This document shows, in pieces, positions 42,201 to 56,600 of a stretch of DNA of 64,000 nucleotides. The DNA is from Auanema rhodensis (Eukaryota; Animalia; Nematoda), in NCBI GenBank assembly GCA_964057225.1, contig CAXKVF010000089.1, positions 1-64,000 of the forward strand, given 5' to 3'. The notes beneath the pieces are model-generated. The model was not told where the DNA came from, searched no databases, and was given only the letters and a program-made list of their open reading frames with translations. Numbering within the stretch: the stretch's first letter is position 1; the number at the start of each line of letters is the position of its first letter. The translations under genes were made by a program, and so were the position numbers.

Positions 42201-43999
42201 ATTTAATTAGCATAAATTAAAGTTCACGTAAATTTCAAAGTCATGGTTACCATGCACCTATATCAATAAAAATTTGTTTTTAGACTAATATGGACATGGG
42301 GAATCTAATTTTGAAAACCGCATCTCTTTATCTTTCACGTGAAGCGAGTTACATACCAAGTGCACATCACGTGTACATTTAATTAGCATAAATTAAAGTT
42401 CACGTAAATTTCAAAGTCATGGTTACCATGCACCAATATCAATAAAAATTTGTTTTTAGACTAATATGGACATGGGGAATCTAATTTTGAAAACCGCATC
42501 TCTTTATCTTTCACGTGAAGCGAGTTACATACCAAGTGCACATCACGTGTACATTTAATTAGCGTAAATTAAAGTTCACGTAAATTTCAAAGTCATGGTT
42601 ACCATGAACCAATATCAATAAAAATTTGTTTTCAGACTAATATGGACATGGGGAATCTAATTTTGAAAACCGCATCTCTTTATCTTTCACGTGAAGCGAG
42701 TTACATACCAAGTGCACATCACGTGTACATTTAATTAGCATAAATTAAAGTTCACGTAAATTTCAAAGTCATGGTTACCATGCACCAATATCAATAAAAA
42801 TTTGTTTTTAGACTAATATGGACATGGGGAATCTAATTGTGAAAACCGCATCTCTTTATCTTTCACGTGAAGCGAGTTACATACCAAGTGCACATCACGT
42901 GTACATTTAATTAGCATAAATTAAAGTTCACGTAAATTTCAAAGTCATGGTTACCATGAACCAATATCAATAAAAATTTGTTTTTAGACTAATATGGACA
43001 TGGGGAATCTAATTTTGAAAACCGCATCTCTTTATCTTTCACGTGAAGCGAGTTACATACCAAGTGCACATCACGTGTACATTTAATTAGCATAAATTAA
43101 AGTTCACGTAAATTTCAAAGTCATGGTTACCATGAACCAATATCAATAAAAATTTGTTTTTAGACTAATATGGACATGGGGAATCTAATTTTGAAAACCG
43201 CATCTCTTTATCTTTCACGTGAAGCGAGTTACATACCAAGTGCACATCACGTGTACATTTAATTAGCATAAATTAAAGTTCACGTAAATTTCAAAGTCAT
43301 GGTTACCATGCACCTATATCAATAAAAATTTGTTTTTAGACTAATATGGACATGGGGAATCTAATTTTGAAAACCGCATCTCTTTATCTTTCACGTGAAG
43401 CGAGTTACATACCAAGTGCACATCACGTGTACATTTAATTAGCATAAATTAAAGTTCACGTAAATTTCAAAGTCATGGTTACCATGCACCAATATCAATA
43501 AAAATTTGTTTTTAGACTAATATGGACATGGGGAATCTAATTTTGAAAACCGCATCTCTTTATCTTTCACGTGAAGCGAGTTACATACCAAGTGCACATC
43601 ACGTGTACATTTAATTAGCGTAAATTAAAGTTCACGTAAATTTCAAAGTCATGGTTACCATGAACCAATATCAATAAAAATTTGTTTTTAGACTAATATG
43701 GACATGGGGAATCTAATTTTGAAAACCGCATCTCTTTATCTTTCACGTGAAGCGAGTTACATACCAAGTGCACATCACGTGTACATTTAATTAGCATAAA
43801 TTAAAGTTCACGTAAATTTCAAAGTCATGGTTACCATGCACCAATATCAATAAAAATTTGTTTTTAGACTAATATGGACATGGGGAATCTAATTTTGAAA
43901 ACCGCATCTCTTTATCTTTCACGTGAAGCGAGTTACATACCAAGTGCACATCACGTGTACATTTAATTAGCATAAATTAAAGTTCACGTAAATTTCAAA

Positions 44000-46900
44000 G
44001 TCATGGTTACCATGAACCAATATCAATAAAAATTTGTTTTTAGACTAATATGGACATGGGGAATCTAATTTTGAAAACTGCATCTCTTCATCTTTCACGT
44101 GAAGCGAGTTACATACCAAGTGCACATCACGTGTACATTTAATTAGCATAAATTAAAGTTCACGTAAATTTCAAAGTCATGGTTACCATGCACCAATATC
44201 AATAAAAATTTGTTTTTAGACTAATATGGACATGGGGAATCTAATTTTGAAAACCGCATCTCTTTATCTTTCACGTGAAGCGAGTTACATACCAAGTGCA
44301 CATCACGTGTACATTTAATTAGCATAAATTAAAGTTCACGTAAATTTCAAAGTCATGGTTACCATGCACCAATATCAATAAAAATTTGTTTTTAGACTAA
44401 TATGGACATGGGGAATCTAATTTTGAAAACCGCATCTCTTTATCTTTCACGTGAAGCGAGTTACATACCAAGTGCACATCACGTGTACATTTAATTAGCA
44501 TAAATTAAAGTTCACGTAAATTTCAAAGTCATGGTTACCATGCACCAATATCAATAAAAATTTGTTTTTAGACTAATATGGACATGGGGAATCTAATTTT
44601 GAAAACCGCATCTCTTTATCTTTCACGTGAAGCGAGTTACATACCAAGTGCACATCACGTGTACATTTAATTAGCGTAAATTAAAGTTCACGTAAATTTC
44701 AAAGTCATGGTTACCATGAACCAATATCAATAAAAATTTGTTTTTAGACTAATATGGACATGGGGAATCTAATTTTGAAAACCGCATCTCTTTATCTTTC
44801 ACGTGAAGCGAGTTACATACCAAGTGCACATCACGTGTACATTTAATTAGCATAAATTAAAGTTCACGTAAATTTCAAAGTCATGGTTACCATGAACCAA
44901 TATCAATAAAAATTTGTTTTTAGACTAATATGGACATGGGGAATCTAATTTTGAAAACCGCATCTCTTTATCTTTCACGTGAAGCGAGTTACATACCAAG
45001 TGCACATCACGTGTACATTTAATTAGCATAAATTAAAGTTCACGTAAATTTCAAAGTCATGGTTACCATGAACCAATATCAATAAAAATTTGTTTTTAGA
45101 CTAATATGGACATGGGGAATCTAATTTTGAAAACCGCATCTCTTTATCTTTCACGTGAAGCGAGTTACATACCAAGTGCACATCACGTGTACATTTAATT
45201 AGCATAAATTAAAGTTCACGTAAATTTCAAAGTCATGGTTACCATGCACCAATATCAATAAAAATTTGTTTTTAGACTAATATGGACATGGGGAATCTAA
45301 TTTTGAAAACCGCATCTCTTTATCTTTCACGTGAAGCGAGTTACATACCAAGTGCACATCACGTGTACATTTAATTAGCATAAATTAAAGTTCACGTAAA
45401 TTTCAAAGTCATGGTTACCATGAACCAATATCAATAAAAATTTGTTTTTAGACTAATATGGACATGGAGAATCTAATTTTGAAAACCGCATCTCTTTATC
45501 TTTCACGTGAAGCGAGTTACATACCAAGTGCACATCACGTGTACATTTAATTAGCATAAATTAAAGTTCACGTAAATTTCAAAGTCATGGTTACCATGAA
45601 CCAATATCAATAAAAATTTGTTTTTAGACTAATATGGACATGGGGAATCTAATTTTGAAAACCGCATCTCTTTATCTTTCACGTGAAGCGAGTTACATAC
45701 CAAGTGCACATCACGTGTACATTTAATTAGCATAAATTAAAGTTCACGTAAATTTCAAAGTCATGGTTACCATGCACCAATATCAATAAAAATTTGTTTT
45801 TAGACTAATATGGACATGGGGAATCTAATTTTGAAAACCGCATCTCTTTATCTTTCACGTGAAGCGAGTTACATACCAAGTGCACATCACGTGTACATTT
45901 AATTAGCATAAATTAAAGTTCACGTAAATTTCAAAGTCATGGTTACCATGAACCAATATCAATAAAAATTTGTTTTTAGACTAATATGGACATGGGGAAT
46001 CTAATTTTGAAAACCGCATCTCTTTATCTTTCACGTGAAGCGAGTTACATACCAAGTGCACATCACGTGTACATTTAATTAGCATAAATTAAAGTTCACG
46101 TAAATTTCAAAGTCATGGTTACCATGCACCAATATCAATAAAAATTTGTTTTTAGACTAATATGGACATGGGAAATCTAATTTTGAAAACCGCATCTCTT
46201 TATCTTTCACGTGAAGCGAGTTACATACCAAGTGCACATCACGTGTACATTTAATTAGCATAAATTAAAGTTCACGTAAATTTCAAAGTCATGGTTACCA
46301 TGCACCAATATCAATAAAAATTTGTTTTTAGACTAATATGGACATGGGGAATCTAATTTTGAAAACCGCATCTCTTTATCTTTCACGTGAAGCGAGTTAC
46401 ATACCAATTGCACATCACGTGTACATTTAATTAGCGTAAATTAAAGTTCACGTAAATTTCAAAGTCATGGTTACCATGAACCAATATCAATAAAAATTTG
46501 TTTTTAGACTAATATGGACATGGGGAATCTAATTTTGAAAACCGCATCTCTTTATCTTTCACGTGAAGCGAGTTACATACCAAGTGCACATCACGTGTAC
46601 ATTTAATTAGCATAAATTAAAGTTCACGTAAATTTCAAAGTCATGGTTACCATGCACCAATATCAATAAAAATTTGTTTTTAGACTAATATGGACATGGG
46701 GAATCTAATTTTGAAAACCGCATCTCTTTATCTTTCACGTGAAGCGAGTTACATACCAAGTGCACATCACGTGTACATTTAATTAGCATAAATTAAAGTT
46801 CACGTAAATTTCAAAGTCATGGTTACCATGAACCAATATCAATAAAAATTTGTTTTTAGACTAATATGGACATGGGGAATCTAATTTTGAAAACTGCATC

Positions 46901-49631
46901 TCTTCATCTTTCACGTGAAGCGAGTTACATACCAAGTGCACATCACGTGTACATTTAATTAGCATAAATTAAAGTTCACGTAAATTTCAAAGTCATGGTT
47001 ACCATGCACCAATATCAATAAAAATTTGTTTTTAGACTAATATGGACATGGGGAATCTAATTTTGAAAACCGCATCTCTTTATCTTTCACGTTAAGCGAG
47101 TTACATACCAAGTGCACATCACGTGTACATTTAATTAGCATAAATTAAAGTTCACGTAAATTTCAAAGTCATGGTTACCATGCACCAATATCAATAAAAA
47201 TTTGTCTTTAGACTAATATGGACATGGGGAATCTAATTTTGAAAACCGCATCTCTTTATCTTTCACGTGAAGCGAGTTACATACCAAGTGCACATCACGT
47301 GTACATTTAATTAGCATAAATTAAAGTTCACGTAAATTTCAAAGTCATGGTTACCATGCACCAATATCAATAAAAATTTGTTTTTAGACTAATATGGACA
47401 TGGGGAATCTAATTTTGAAAACCGCATCTCTTTATCTTTCACGTGAAGCGAGTTACATACCAAGTGCACATCACGTGTACATTTAATTAGCGTAAATTAA
47501 AGTTCACGTAAATTTCAAAGTCATGGTTACCATGAACCAATATCAATAAAAATTTGTTTTTAGACTAATATGGACATGGGGAATCTAATTTTGAAAACCG
47601 CATCTCTTTATCTTTCACGTGAAGCGAGTTACATACCAAGTGCACATCACGTGTACATTTAATTAGCATAAATTAAAGTTCACGTAAATTTCAAAGTCAT
47701 GGTTACCATGAAGCAATATCAATAAAAATTTGTTTTTAGACTAATATGGACATGGGGAATCTAATTTTGAAAACCGCATCTCTTTATCTTTCACGTGAAG
47801 CGAGTTACATACCAAGTGCACATCACGTGTACATTTAATTAGCATAAATTAAAGTTCACGTAAATTTCAAAGTCATGGTTACCATGAACCAATATCAATA
47901 AAAATTTGTTTTTAGACTAATATGGACATGGGGAATCTAATTTTGAAAACCGCATCTCTTTATCTTTCACGTGAAGCGAGTTACATACCAAGTGCACATC
48001 ACGTGTACATTTAATTAGCATAAATTAAAGTTCACGTAAATTTCAAAGTCATGGTTACCATGCACCAATATCAATAAAAATTTGTTTTTAGACTAATATG
48101 GACATGGGGAATCTAATTTTGAAAACCGCATCTCTTTATCTTTCACGTGAAGCGAGTTACATACCAAGTGCACATCACGTGTACATTTAATTAGCATAAA
48201 TTAAAGTTCACGTAAATTTCAAAGTCATGGTTACCATGAACCAATATCAATAAAAATTTGTTTTTAGACTAATATGGACATGGAGAATCTAATTTTGAAA
48301 ACCGCATCTCTTCATCTTTCACGTGAAGCGAGTTACATACCAAGTGCACATCACGTGTACATTTAATTAGCATAAATTAAAGTTCACGTAAATTTCAAAG
48401 TCATGGTTACCATGAACCAATATCAATAAAAATTTGTTTTTAGACTAATATGGACATGGGGAATCTAATTTTGAAAACCGCATCTCTTTATCTTTCACGT
48501 GAAGCGAGTTACATACCAAGTGCACATCACGTGTACATTTAATTAGCATAAATTAAAGTTCACGTAAATTTCAAAGTCATGGTTACCATGCACCAATATC
48601 AATAAAAATTTGTTTTTAGACTAATATGGACATGGGGAATCTAATTTTGAAAACCGCATCTCTTTATCTTTCACGTGAAGCGAGTTACATACCAAGTGCA
48701 CATCACGTGTACATTTAATTAGCATAAATTAAAGTTCACGTAAATTTCAAAGTCATGGTTACCATGAACCAATATCAATAAAAATTTGTTTTTAGACTAA
48801 TATGGACATGGGGAATCTAATTTTGAAAACCGCATCTCTTTATCTTTCACGTGAAGCGAGTTACATACCAAGTGCACATCACGTGTACATTTAATTAGCA
48901 TAAATTAAAGTTCACGTAAATTTCAAAGTCATGGTTACCATGCACCAATATCAATAAAAATTTGTTTTTAGACTAATATGGACATGGGGAATCTAATTTT
49001 GAAAACCGCATCTCTTTATCTTTCACGTGAAGCGAGTTACATACCAAGTGCACATCACGTGTACATTTAATTAGCATAAATTAAAGTTCACGTAAATTTC
49101 AAAGTCATGGTTACCATGCACCAATATCAATAAAAATTTGTTTTTAGACTAATATGGACATGGGGAATCTAATTTTGAAAACCGCATCTCTTTATCTTTC
49201 ACGTGAAGCGAGTTACATACCAAGTGCACATCACGTGTACATTTAATTAGCGTAAATTAAAGTTCACGTAAATTTCAAAGTCATGGTTACCATGAACCAA
49301 TATCAATAAAAATTTGTTTTTAGACTAATATGGACATGGGGAATCTAATTTTGAAAACCGCATCTCTTTATCTTTCACGTGAAGCGAGTTACATACCAAG
49401 TGCACATCACGTGTACATTTAATTAGCATAAATTAAAGTTCACGTAAATTTCAAAGTCATGGTTACCATGCACCAATATCAATAAAAATTTGTTTTTAGA
49501 CTAATATGGACATGGGGAATCTAATTTTGAAAACCGCATCTCTTTATCTTTCACGTGAAGCGAGTTACATACCAAGTGCACATCACGTGTACATTTAATT
49601 AGCATAAATTAAAGTTCACGTAAATTTCAAA
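44000..49631. repeat. Older 16-monomer (2816 bp) tandem duplication: 44000-46815 and 46816-49631
   Basis: The position-16 C/A pattern and the markers C80T+T90C, A149G, G61A, A149G align at offset 2816, with about six differences between the copies. Confidence 0.8.
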
Positions 49632-50159
49632 GTCATGGTTACCATGAACCAATATCAATAAAAATTTGTTTTTAGACTAATATGGACATGGGGAATCTAA
49701 TTTTGAAAACTGCATCTCTTCATCTTTCACGTGAAGCGAGTTACATACCAAGTGCACATCACGTGTACATTTAATTAGCATAAATTAAAGTTCACGTAAA
49801 TTTCAAAGTCATGGTTACCATGCACCAATATCAATAAAAATTTGTTTTTAGACTAATATGGACATGGGGAATCTAATTTTGAAAACCGCATCTCTTTATC
49901 TTTCACGTGAAGCGAGTTACATACCAAGTGCACATCACGTGTACATTTAATTAGCATAAATTAAAGTTCACGTAAATTTCAAAGTCATGGTTACCATGCA
50001 CCAATATCAATAAAAATTTGTTTTTAGACTAATATGGACATGGGGAATCTAATTTTGAAAACCGCATCTCTTTATCTTTCACGTGAAGCGAGTTACATAC
50101 CAAGTGCACATCACGTGTACATTTAATTAGCATAAATTAAAGTTCACGTAAATTTCAAA

Positions 50160-53100
50160 GTCATGGTTACCATGAACCAATATCAATAAAAATTTGTTTT
50201 TAGACTAATATGGACATGGGGAATCTAATTTTGAAAACTGCATCTCTTCATCTTTCACGTGAAGCGAGTTACATACCAAGTGCACATCACGTGTACATTT
50301 AATTAGCATAAATTAAAGTTCACGTAAATTTCAAAGTCATGGTTACCATGCACCAATATCAATAAAAATTTGTTTTTAGACTAATATGGACATGGGGAAT
50401 CTAATTTTGAAAACCGCATCTCTTTATCTTTCACGTTAAGCGAGTTACATACCAAGTGCACATCACGTGTACATTTAATTAGCATAAATTAAAGTTCACG
50501 TAAATTTCAAAGTCATGGTTACCATGCACCAATATCAATAAAAATTTGTCTTTAGACTAATATGGACATGGGGAATCTAATTTTGAAAACCGCATCTCTT
50601 TATCTTTCACGTGAAGCGAGTTACATACCAAGTGCACATCACGTGTACATTTAATTAGCATAAATTAAAGTTCACGTAAATTTCAAAGTCATGGTTACCA
50701 TGCACCAATATCAATAAAAATTTGTTTTTAGACTAATATGGACATGGGGAATCTAATTTTGAAAACCGCATCTCTTTATCTTTCACGTGAAGCGAGTTAC
50801 ATACCAAGTGCACATCACGTGTACATTTAATTAGCGTAAATTAAAGTTCACGTAAATTTCAAAGTCATGGTTACCATGAAGCAATATCAATAAAAATTTG
50901 TTTTTAGACTAATATGGACATGGGGAATCTAATTTTGAAAACCGCATCTCTTTATCTTTCACGTGAAGCGAGTTACATACCAAGTGCACATCACGTGTAC
51001 ATTTAATTAGCATAAATTAAAGTTCACGTAAATTTCAAAGTCATGGTTACCATGAACCAATATCAATAAAAATTTGTTTTTAGACTAATATGGACATGGG
51101 GAATCTAATTTTGAAAACCGCATCTCTTTATCTTTCACGTGAAGCGAGTTACATACCAAGTGCACATCACGTGTACATTTAATTAGCATAAATTAAAGTT
51201 CACGTAAATTTCAAAGTCATGGTTACCATGCACCAATATCAATAAAAATTTGTTTTTAGACTAATATGGACATGGGGAATCTAATTTTGAAAACCGCATC
51301 TCTTTATCTTTCACGTGAAGCGAGTTACATACCAAGTGCACATCACGTGTACATTTAATTAGCATAAATTAAAGTTCACGTAAATTTCAAAGTCATGGTT
51401 ACCATGAACCAATATCAATAAAAATTTGTTTTTAGACTAATATGGACATGGGGAATCTAATTTTGAAAACCGCATCTCTTTATCTTTCACGTGAAGCGAG
51501 TTACATACCAAGTGCACATCACGTGTACATTTAATTAGCATAAATTAAAGTTCACGTAAATTTCAAAGTCATGGTTACCATGAACCAATATCAATAAAAA
51601 TTTGTTTTTAGACTAATATGGACATGGGGAATCTAATTTTGAAAACCGCATCTCTTTATCTTTCACGTGAAGCGAGTTACATACCAAGTGCACATCACGT
51701 GTACATTTAATTAGCATAAATTAAAGTTCACGTAAATTTCAAAGTCATGGTTACCATGAACCAATATCAATAAAAATTTGTTTTTAGACTAATATGGACA
51801 TGGGGAATCTAATTGTGAAAACCGCATCTCTTTATCTTTCACGTGAAGCGAGTTACATACCAAGTGCACATCACGTGTACATTTAATTAGCATAAATTAA
51901 AGTTCACGTAAATTTCAAAGTCATGGTTACCATGAACCAATATCAATAAAAATTTGTTTTTAGACTAATATGGACATGGGGAATCTAATTTTGAAAACTG
52001 CATCTCTTCATCTTTCACGTGAAGCGAGTTACATACCAAGTGCACATCACGTGTACATTTAATTAGCATAAATTAAAGTTCACGTAAATTTCAAAGTCAT
52101 GGTTACCATGCACCAATATCAATAAAAATTTGTTTTTAGACTAATATGGACATGGGGAATCTAATTTTGAAAACCGCATCTCTTTATCTTTCACGTTAAG
52201 CGAGTTACATACCAAGTGCACATCACGTGTACATTTAATTAGCATAAATTAAAGTTCACGTAAATTTCAAAGTCATGGTTACCATGCACCAATATCAATA
52301 AAAATTTGTCTTTAGACTAATATGGACATGGGGAATCTAATTTTGAAAACCGCATCTCTTTATCTTTCACGTGAAGCGAGTTACATACCAAGTGCACATC
52401 ACGTGTACATTTAATTAGCATAAATTAAAGTTCACGTAAATTTCAAAGTCATGGTTACCATGCACCAATATCAATAAAAATTTGTTTTTAGACTAATATG
52501 GACATGGGGAATCTAATTTTGAAAACCGCATCTCTTTATCTTTCACGTGAAGCGAGTTACATACCAAGTGCACATCACGTGTACATTTAATTAGCGTAAA
52601 TTAAAGTTCACGTAAATTTCAAAGTCATGGTTACCATGAAGCAATATCAATAAAAATTTGTTTTTAGACTAATATGGACATGGGGAATCTAATTTTGAAA
52701 ACCGCATCTCTTTATCTTTCATGTGAAGCGAGTTACATACCAAGTGCACATCACGTGTACATTTAATTAGCATAAATTAAAGTTCACGTAAATTTCAAAG
52801 TCATGGTTACCATGAACCAATATCAATAAAAATTTGTTTTTAGACTAATATGGACATGGGGAATCTAATTTTGAAAACCGCATCTCTTTATCTTTCACGT
52901 GAAGCGAGTTACATACCAAGTGCACATCACGTGTACATTTAATTAGCATAAATTAAAGTTCACGTAAATTTCAAAGTCATGGTTACCATGCACCAATATC
53001 AATAAAAATTTGTTTTTAGACTAATATGGACATGGGGAATCTAATTTTGAAAACCGCATCTCTTTATCTTTCACGTGAAGCGAGTTACATACCAAGTGCA

Positions 53101-53679
53101 CATCACGTGTACATTTAATTAGCATAAATTAAAGTTCACGTAAATTTCAAAGTCATGGTTACCATGAACCAATATCAATAAAAATTTGTTTTTAGACTAA
53201 TATGGACATGGGGAATCTAATTTTGAAAACCGCATCTCTTTATCTTTCACGTGAAGCGAGTTACATACCAAGTGCACATCACGTGTACATTTAATTAGCA
53301 TAAATTAAAGTTCACGTAAATTTCAAAGTCATGGTTACCATGAACCAATATCAATAAAAATTTGTTTTTAGACTAATATGGACATGGGGAATCTAATTTT
53401 GAAAACCGCATCTCTTTATCTTTCACGTGAAGCGAGTTACATACCAAGTGCACATCACGTGTACATTTAATTAGCATAAATTAAAGTTCACGTAAATTTC
53501 AAAGTCATGGTTACCATGAACCAATATCAATAAAAATTTGTTTTTAGACTAATATGGACATGGGGAATCTAATTTTGAAAACCGCATCTCTTTATCTTTC
53601 ACGTGAAGCGAGTTACATACCAAGTGCACATCACGTGTACATTTAATTAGCATAAATTAAAGTTCACGTAAATTTCAAA
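50160..53679. repeat. 10-monomer (1760 bp) tandem duplication: 50160-51919 and 51920-53679
   Basis: The series C80T+T90C, G102T, T39C, A149G, C18G repeats at offset 1760. Confidence 0.85.
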
Positions 53680-56600
53680 GTCATGGTTACCATGCACCAA
53701 TATCAATAAAAATTTGTTTTTAGACTAATATGGACATGGGGAATCTAATTGTGAAAACCGCATCTCTTTATCTTTCACGTGAAGCGAGTTACATACCAAG
53801 TGCACATCACGTGTACATTTAATTAGCATAAATTAAAGTTCACGTAAATTTCAAAGTCATGGTTACCATGAACCAATATCAATAAAAATTTGTTTTTAGA
53901 CTAATATGGACATGGGGAATCTAATTGTGAAAACCGCATCTCTTTATCTTTCACGTGAAGCGAGTTACATACCAAGTGCACATCACGTGTACATTTAATT
54001 AGCATAAATTAAAGTTCACGTAAATTTCAAAGTCATGGTTACCATGAACCAATATCAATAAATATTTGTTTTTAGACTAATATGGACATGGGGAATCTAA
54101 TTTTGAAAACCGCATCTCTTTATCTTTCACGTGAAGCGAGTTACATACCAAGTGCACATCACGTGTACATTTAATTAGCGTAAATTAAAGTTCACGTAAA
54201 TTTCAAAGTCATGGTTACCATGAACCAATATCAATAAAAATTTGTTTTTAGACTAATATGGACATGGGGAATCTAATTTTGAAAACCGCATCTCTTTATC
54301 TTTCATGTGAAGCGAGTTACATACCAAGTGCACATCACGTGTACATTTAATTAGCATAAATTAAAGTTCACGTAAATTTCAAAGTCATGGTTACCATGAA
54401 CCAATATCAATAAAAATTTGTTTTTAGACTAATATGGACATGGGGAATCTAATTTTGAAAACCGCATCTCTTTATCTTTCACGTGAAGCGAGTTACATAC
54501 CAAGTGCACATCACGTGTACATTTAATTAGCATAAATTAAAGTTCACGTAAATTTCAAAGTCATGGTTACCATGCACCAATATCAATAAAAATTTGTTTT
54601 TAGACTAATATGGACATGGGGAATCTAATTTTGAAAACCGCATCTCTTTATCTTTCACGTGAAGCGAGTTACATACCAAGTGCACATCACGTGTACATTT
54701 AATTAGCATAAATTAAAGTTCACGTAAATTTCAAAGTCATGGTTACCATGAACCAATATCAATAAAAATTTGTTTTTAGACTAATATGGACATGGGGAAT
54801 CTAATTTTGAAAACCGCATTTCTTTATCTTTCACGTGAAGCGAGTTACATACCAAGTGCACATCACGTGTACATTTAATTAGCATAAATTAAAGTTCACG
54901 TAAATTTCAAAGTCATGGTTACCATGAACCAATATCGATAAAAATTTGTTTTTAGACTAATATGGACATGGGGAATCTAATTTTGAAAACCGCATCTCTT
55001 TATCTTTCACGTGAAGCGAGTTACATACCAAGTGCACATCACGTGTACATTTAATTAGCATAAATTAAAGTTCACGTAAATTTCAAAGTCATGGTTACCA
55101 TGAAGCAATATCAATAAAAATTTGTTTTTAGACTAATATGGACATGGGGAATCTAATTTTGAAAACCGCATCTCTTTATCTTTCACGTGAAGCGAGTTAC
55201 ATACCAAGTGCACATCACGTGTACATTTAATTAGCATAAATTAAAGTTCACGTAAATTTCAAAGTCATGGTTACCATGAACCAATATCAATAAAAATTTG
55301 TTTTTAGACTAATATGGACATGGGGAATCTAATTTTGAAAACCGCATCTCTTTATCTTTCACGTGAAGCGAGTTACATACCAAGTGCACATCACGTGTAC
55401 ATTTAATTAGCATAAATTAAAGTTCACGTAAATTTCAAAGTCATGGTTACCATGCACCAATATCAATAAAAATTTGTTTTTAGACTAATATGGACATGGG
55501 GAATCTAATTGTGAAAACCGCATCTCTTTATCTTTCACGTGAAGCGAGTTACATACCAAGTGCACATCACGTGTACATTTAATTAGCATAAATTAAAGTT
55601 CACGTAAATTTCAAAGTCATGGTTACCATGAACCAATATCAATAAAAATTTGTTTTTAGACTAATATGGACATGGGGAATCTAATTTTGAAAACCGCATC
55701 TCTTTATCTTTCACGTGAAGCGAGTTACATACCAAGTGCACATCACGTGTACATTTAATTAGCATAAATTAAAGTTCACGTAAATTTCAAAGTCATGGTT
55801 ACCATGCACCAATATCAATAAAAATTCGTTTTTAGACTAATATGGACATGGGGAATCTAATTTTGAAAACCGCATCTCTTTATCTTTCACGTGAAGCGAG
55901 TTACATACCAAGTGCACATCACGTGTACATTTAATTAGCATAAATTAAAGTTCACGTAAATTTCAAAGTCATGGTTACCATGAACCAATATCAATAAAAA
56001 TTTGTTTTTAGACTAATATGGACATGGGGAATCTAATTTTGAAAACCGCATCTCTTTATCTTTCACGTGAAGCGAGTTACATACCAAGTGCACATCACGT
56101 GTACATTTAATTAGCATAAATTAAAGTTCACGTAAATTTCAAAGTCATGGTTACCATGCACCAATATCAATAAAAATTCGTTTTTAGACTAATATGGACA
56201 TGGGGAATCTAATTTTGAAAACCGCATCTCTTTATCTTTCACGTGAAGCGAGTTACATACCAAGTGCACATCACGTGTACATTTAATTAGCATAAATTAA
56301 AGTTCACGTAAATTTCAAAGTCATGGTTACCATGCACCAATATCAATAAAAATTCGTTTTTAGACTAATATGGACATGGGGAATCTAATTTTGAAAACCG
56401 CATCTCTTTATCTTTCACGTGAAGCGAGTTACATACCAAGTGCACATCACGTGTACATTTAATTAGCATAAATTAAAGTTCACGTAAATTTCAAAGTCAT
56501 GGTTACCATGAACCAATATCAATAAAAATTTGTTTTTAGACTAATATGGACATGGGGAATCTAATTTTGAAAACCGCATCTCTTTATCTTTCACGTGAAG

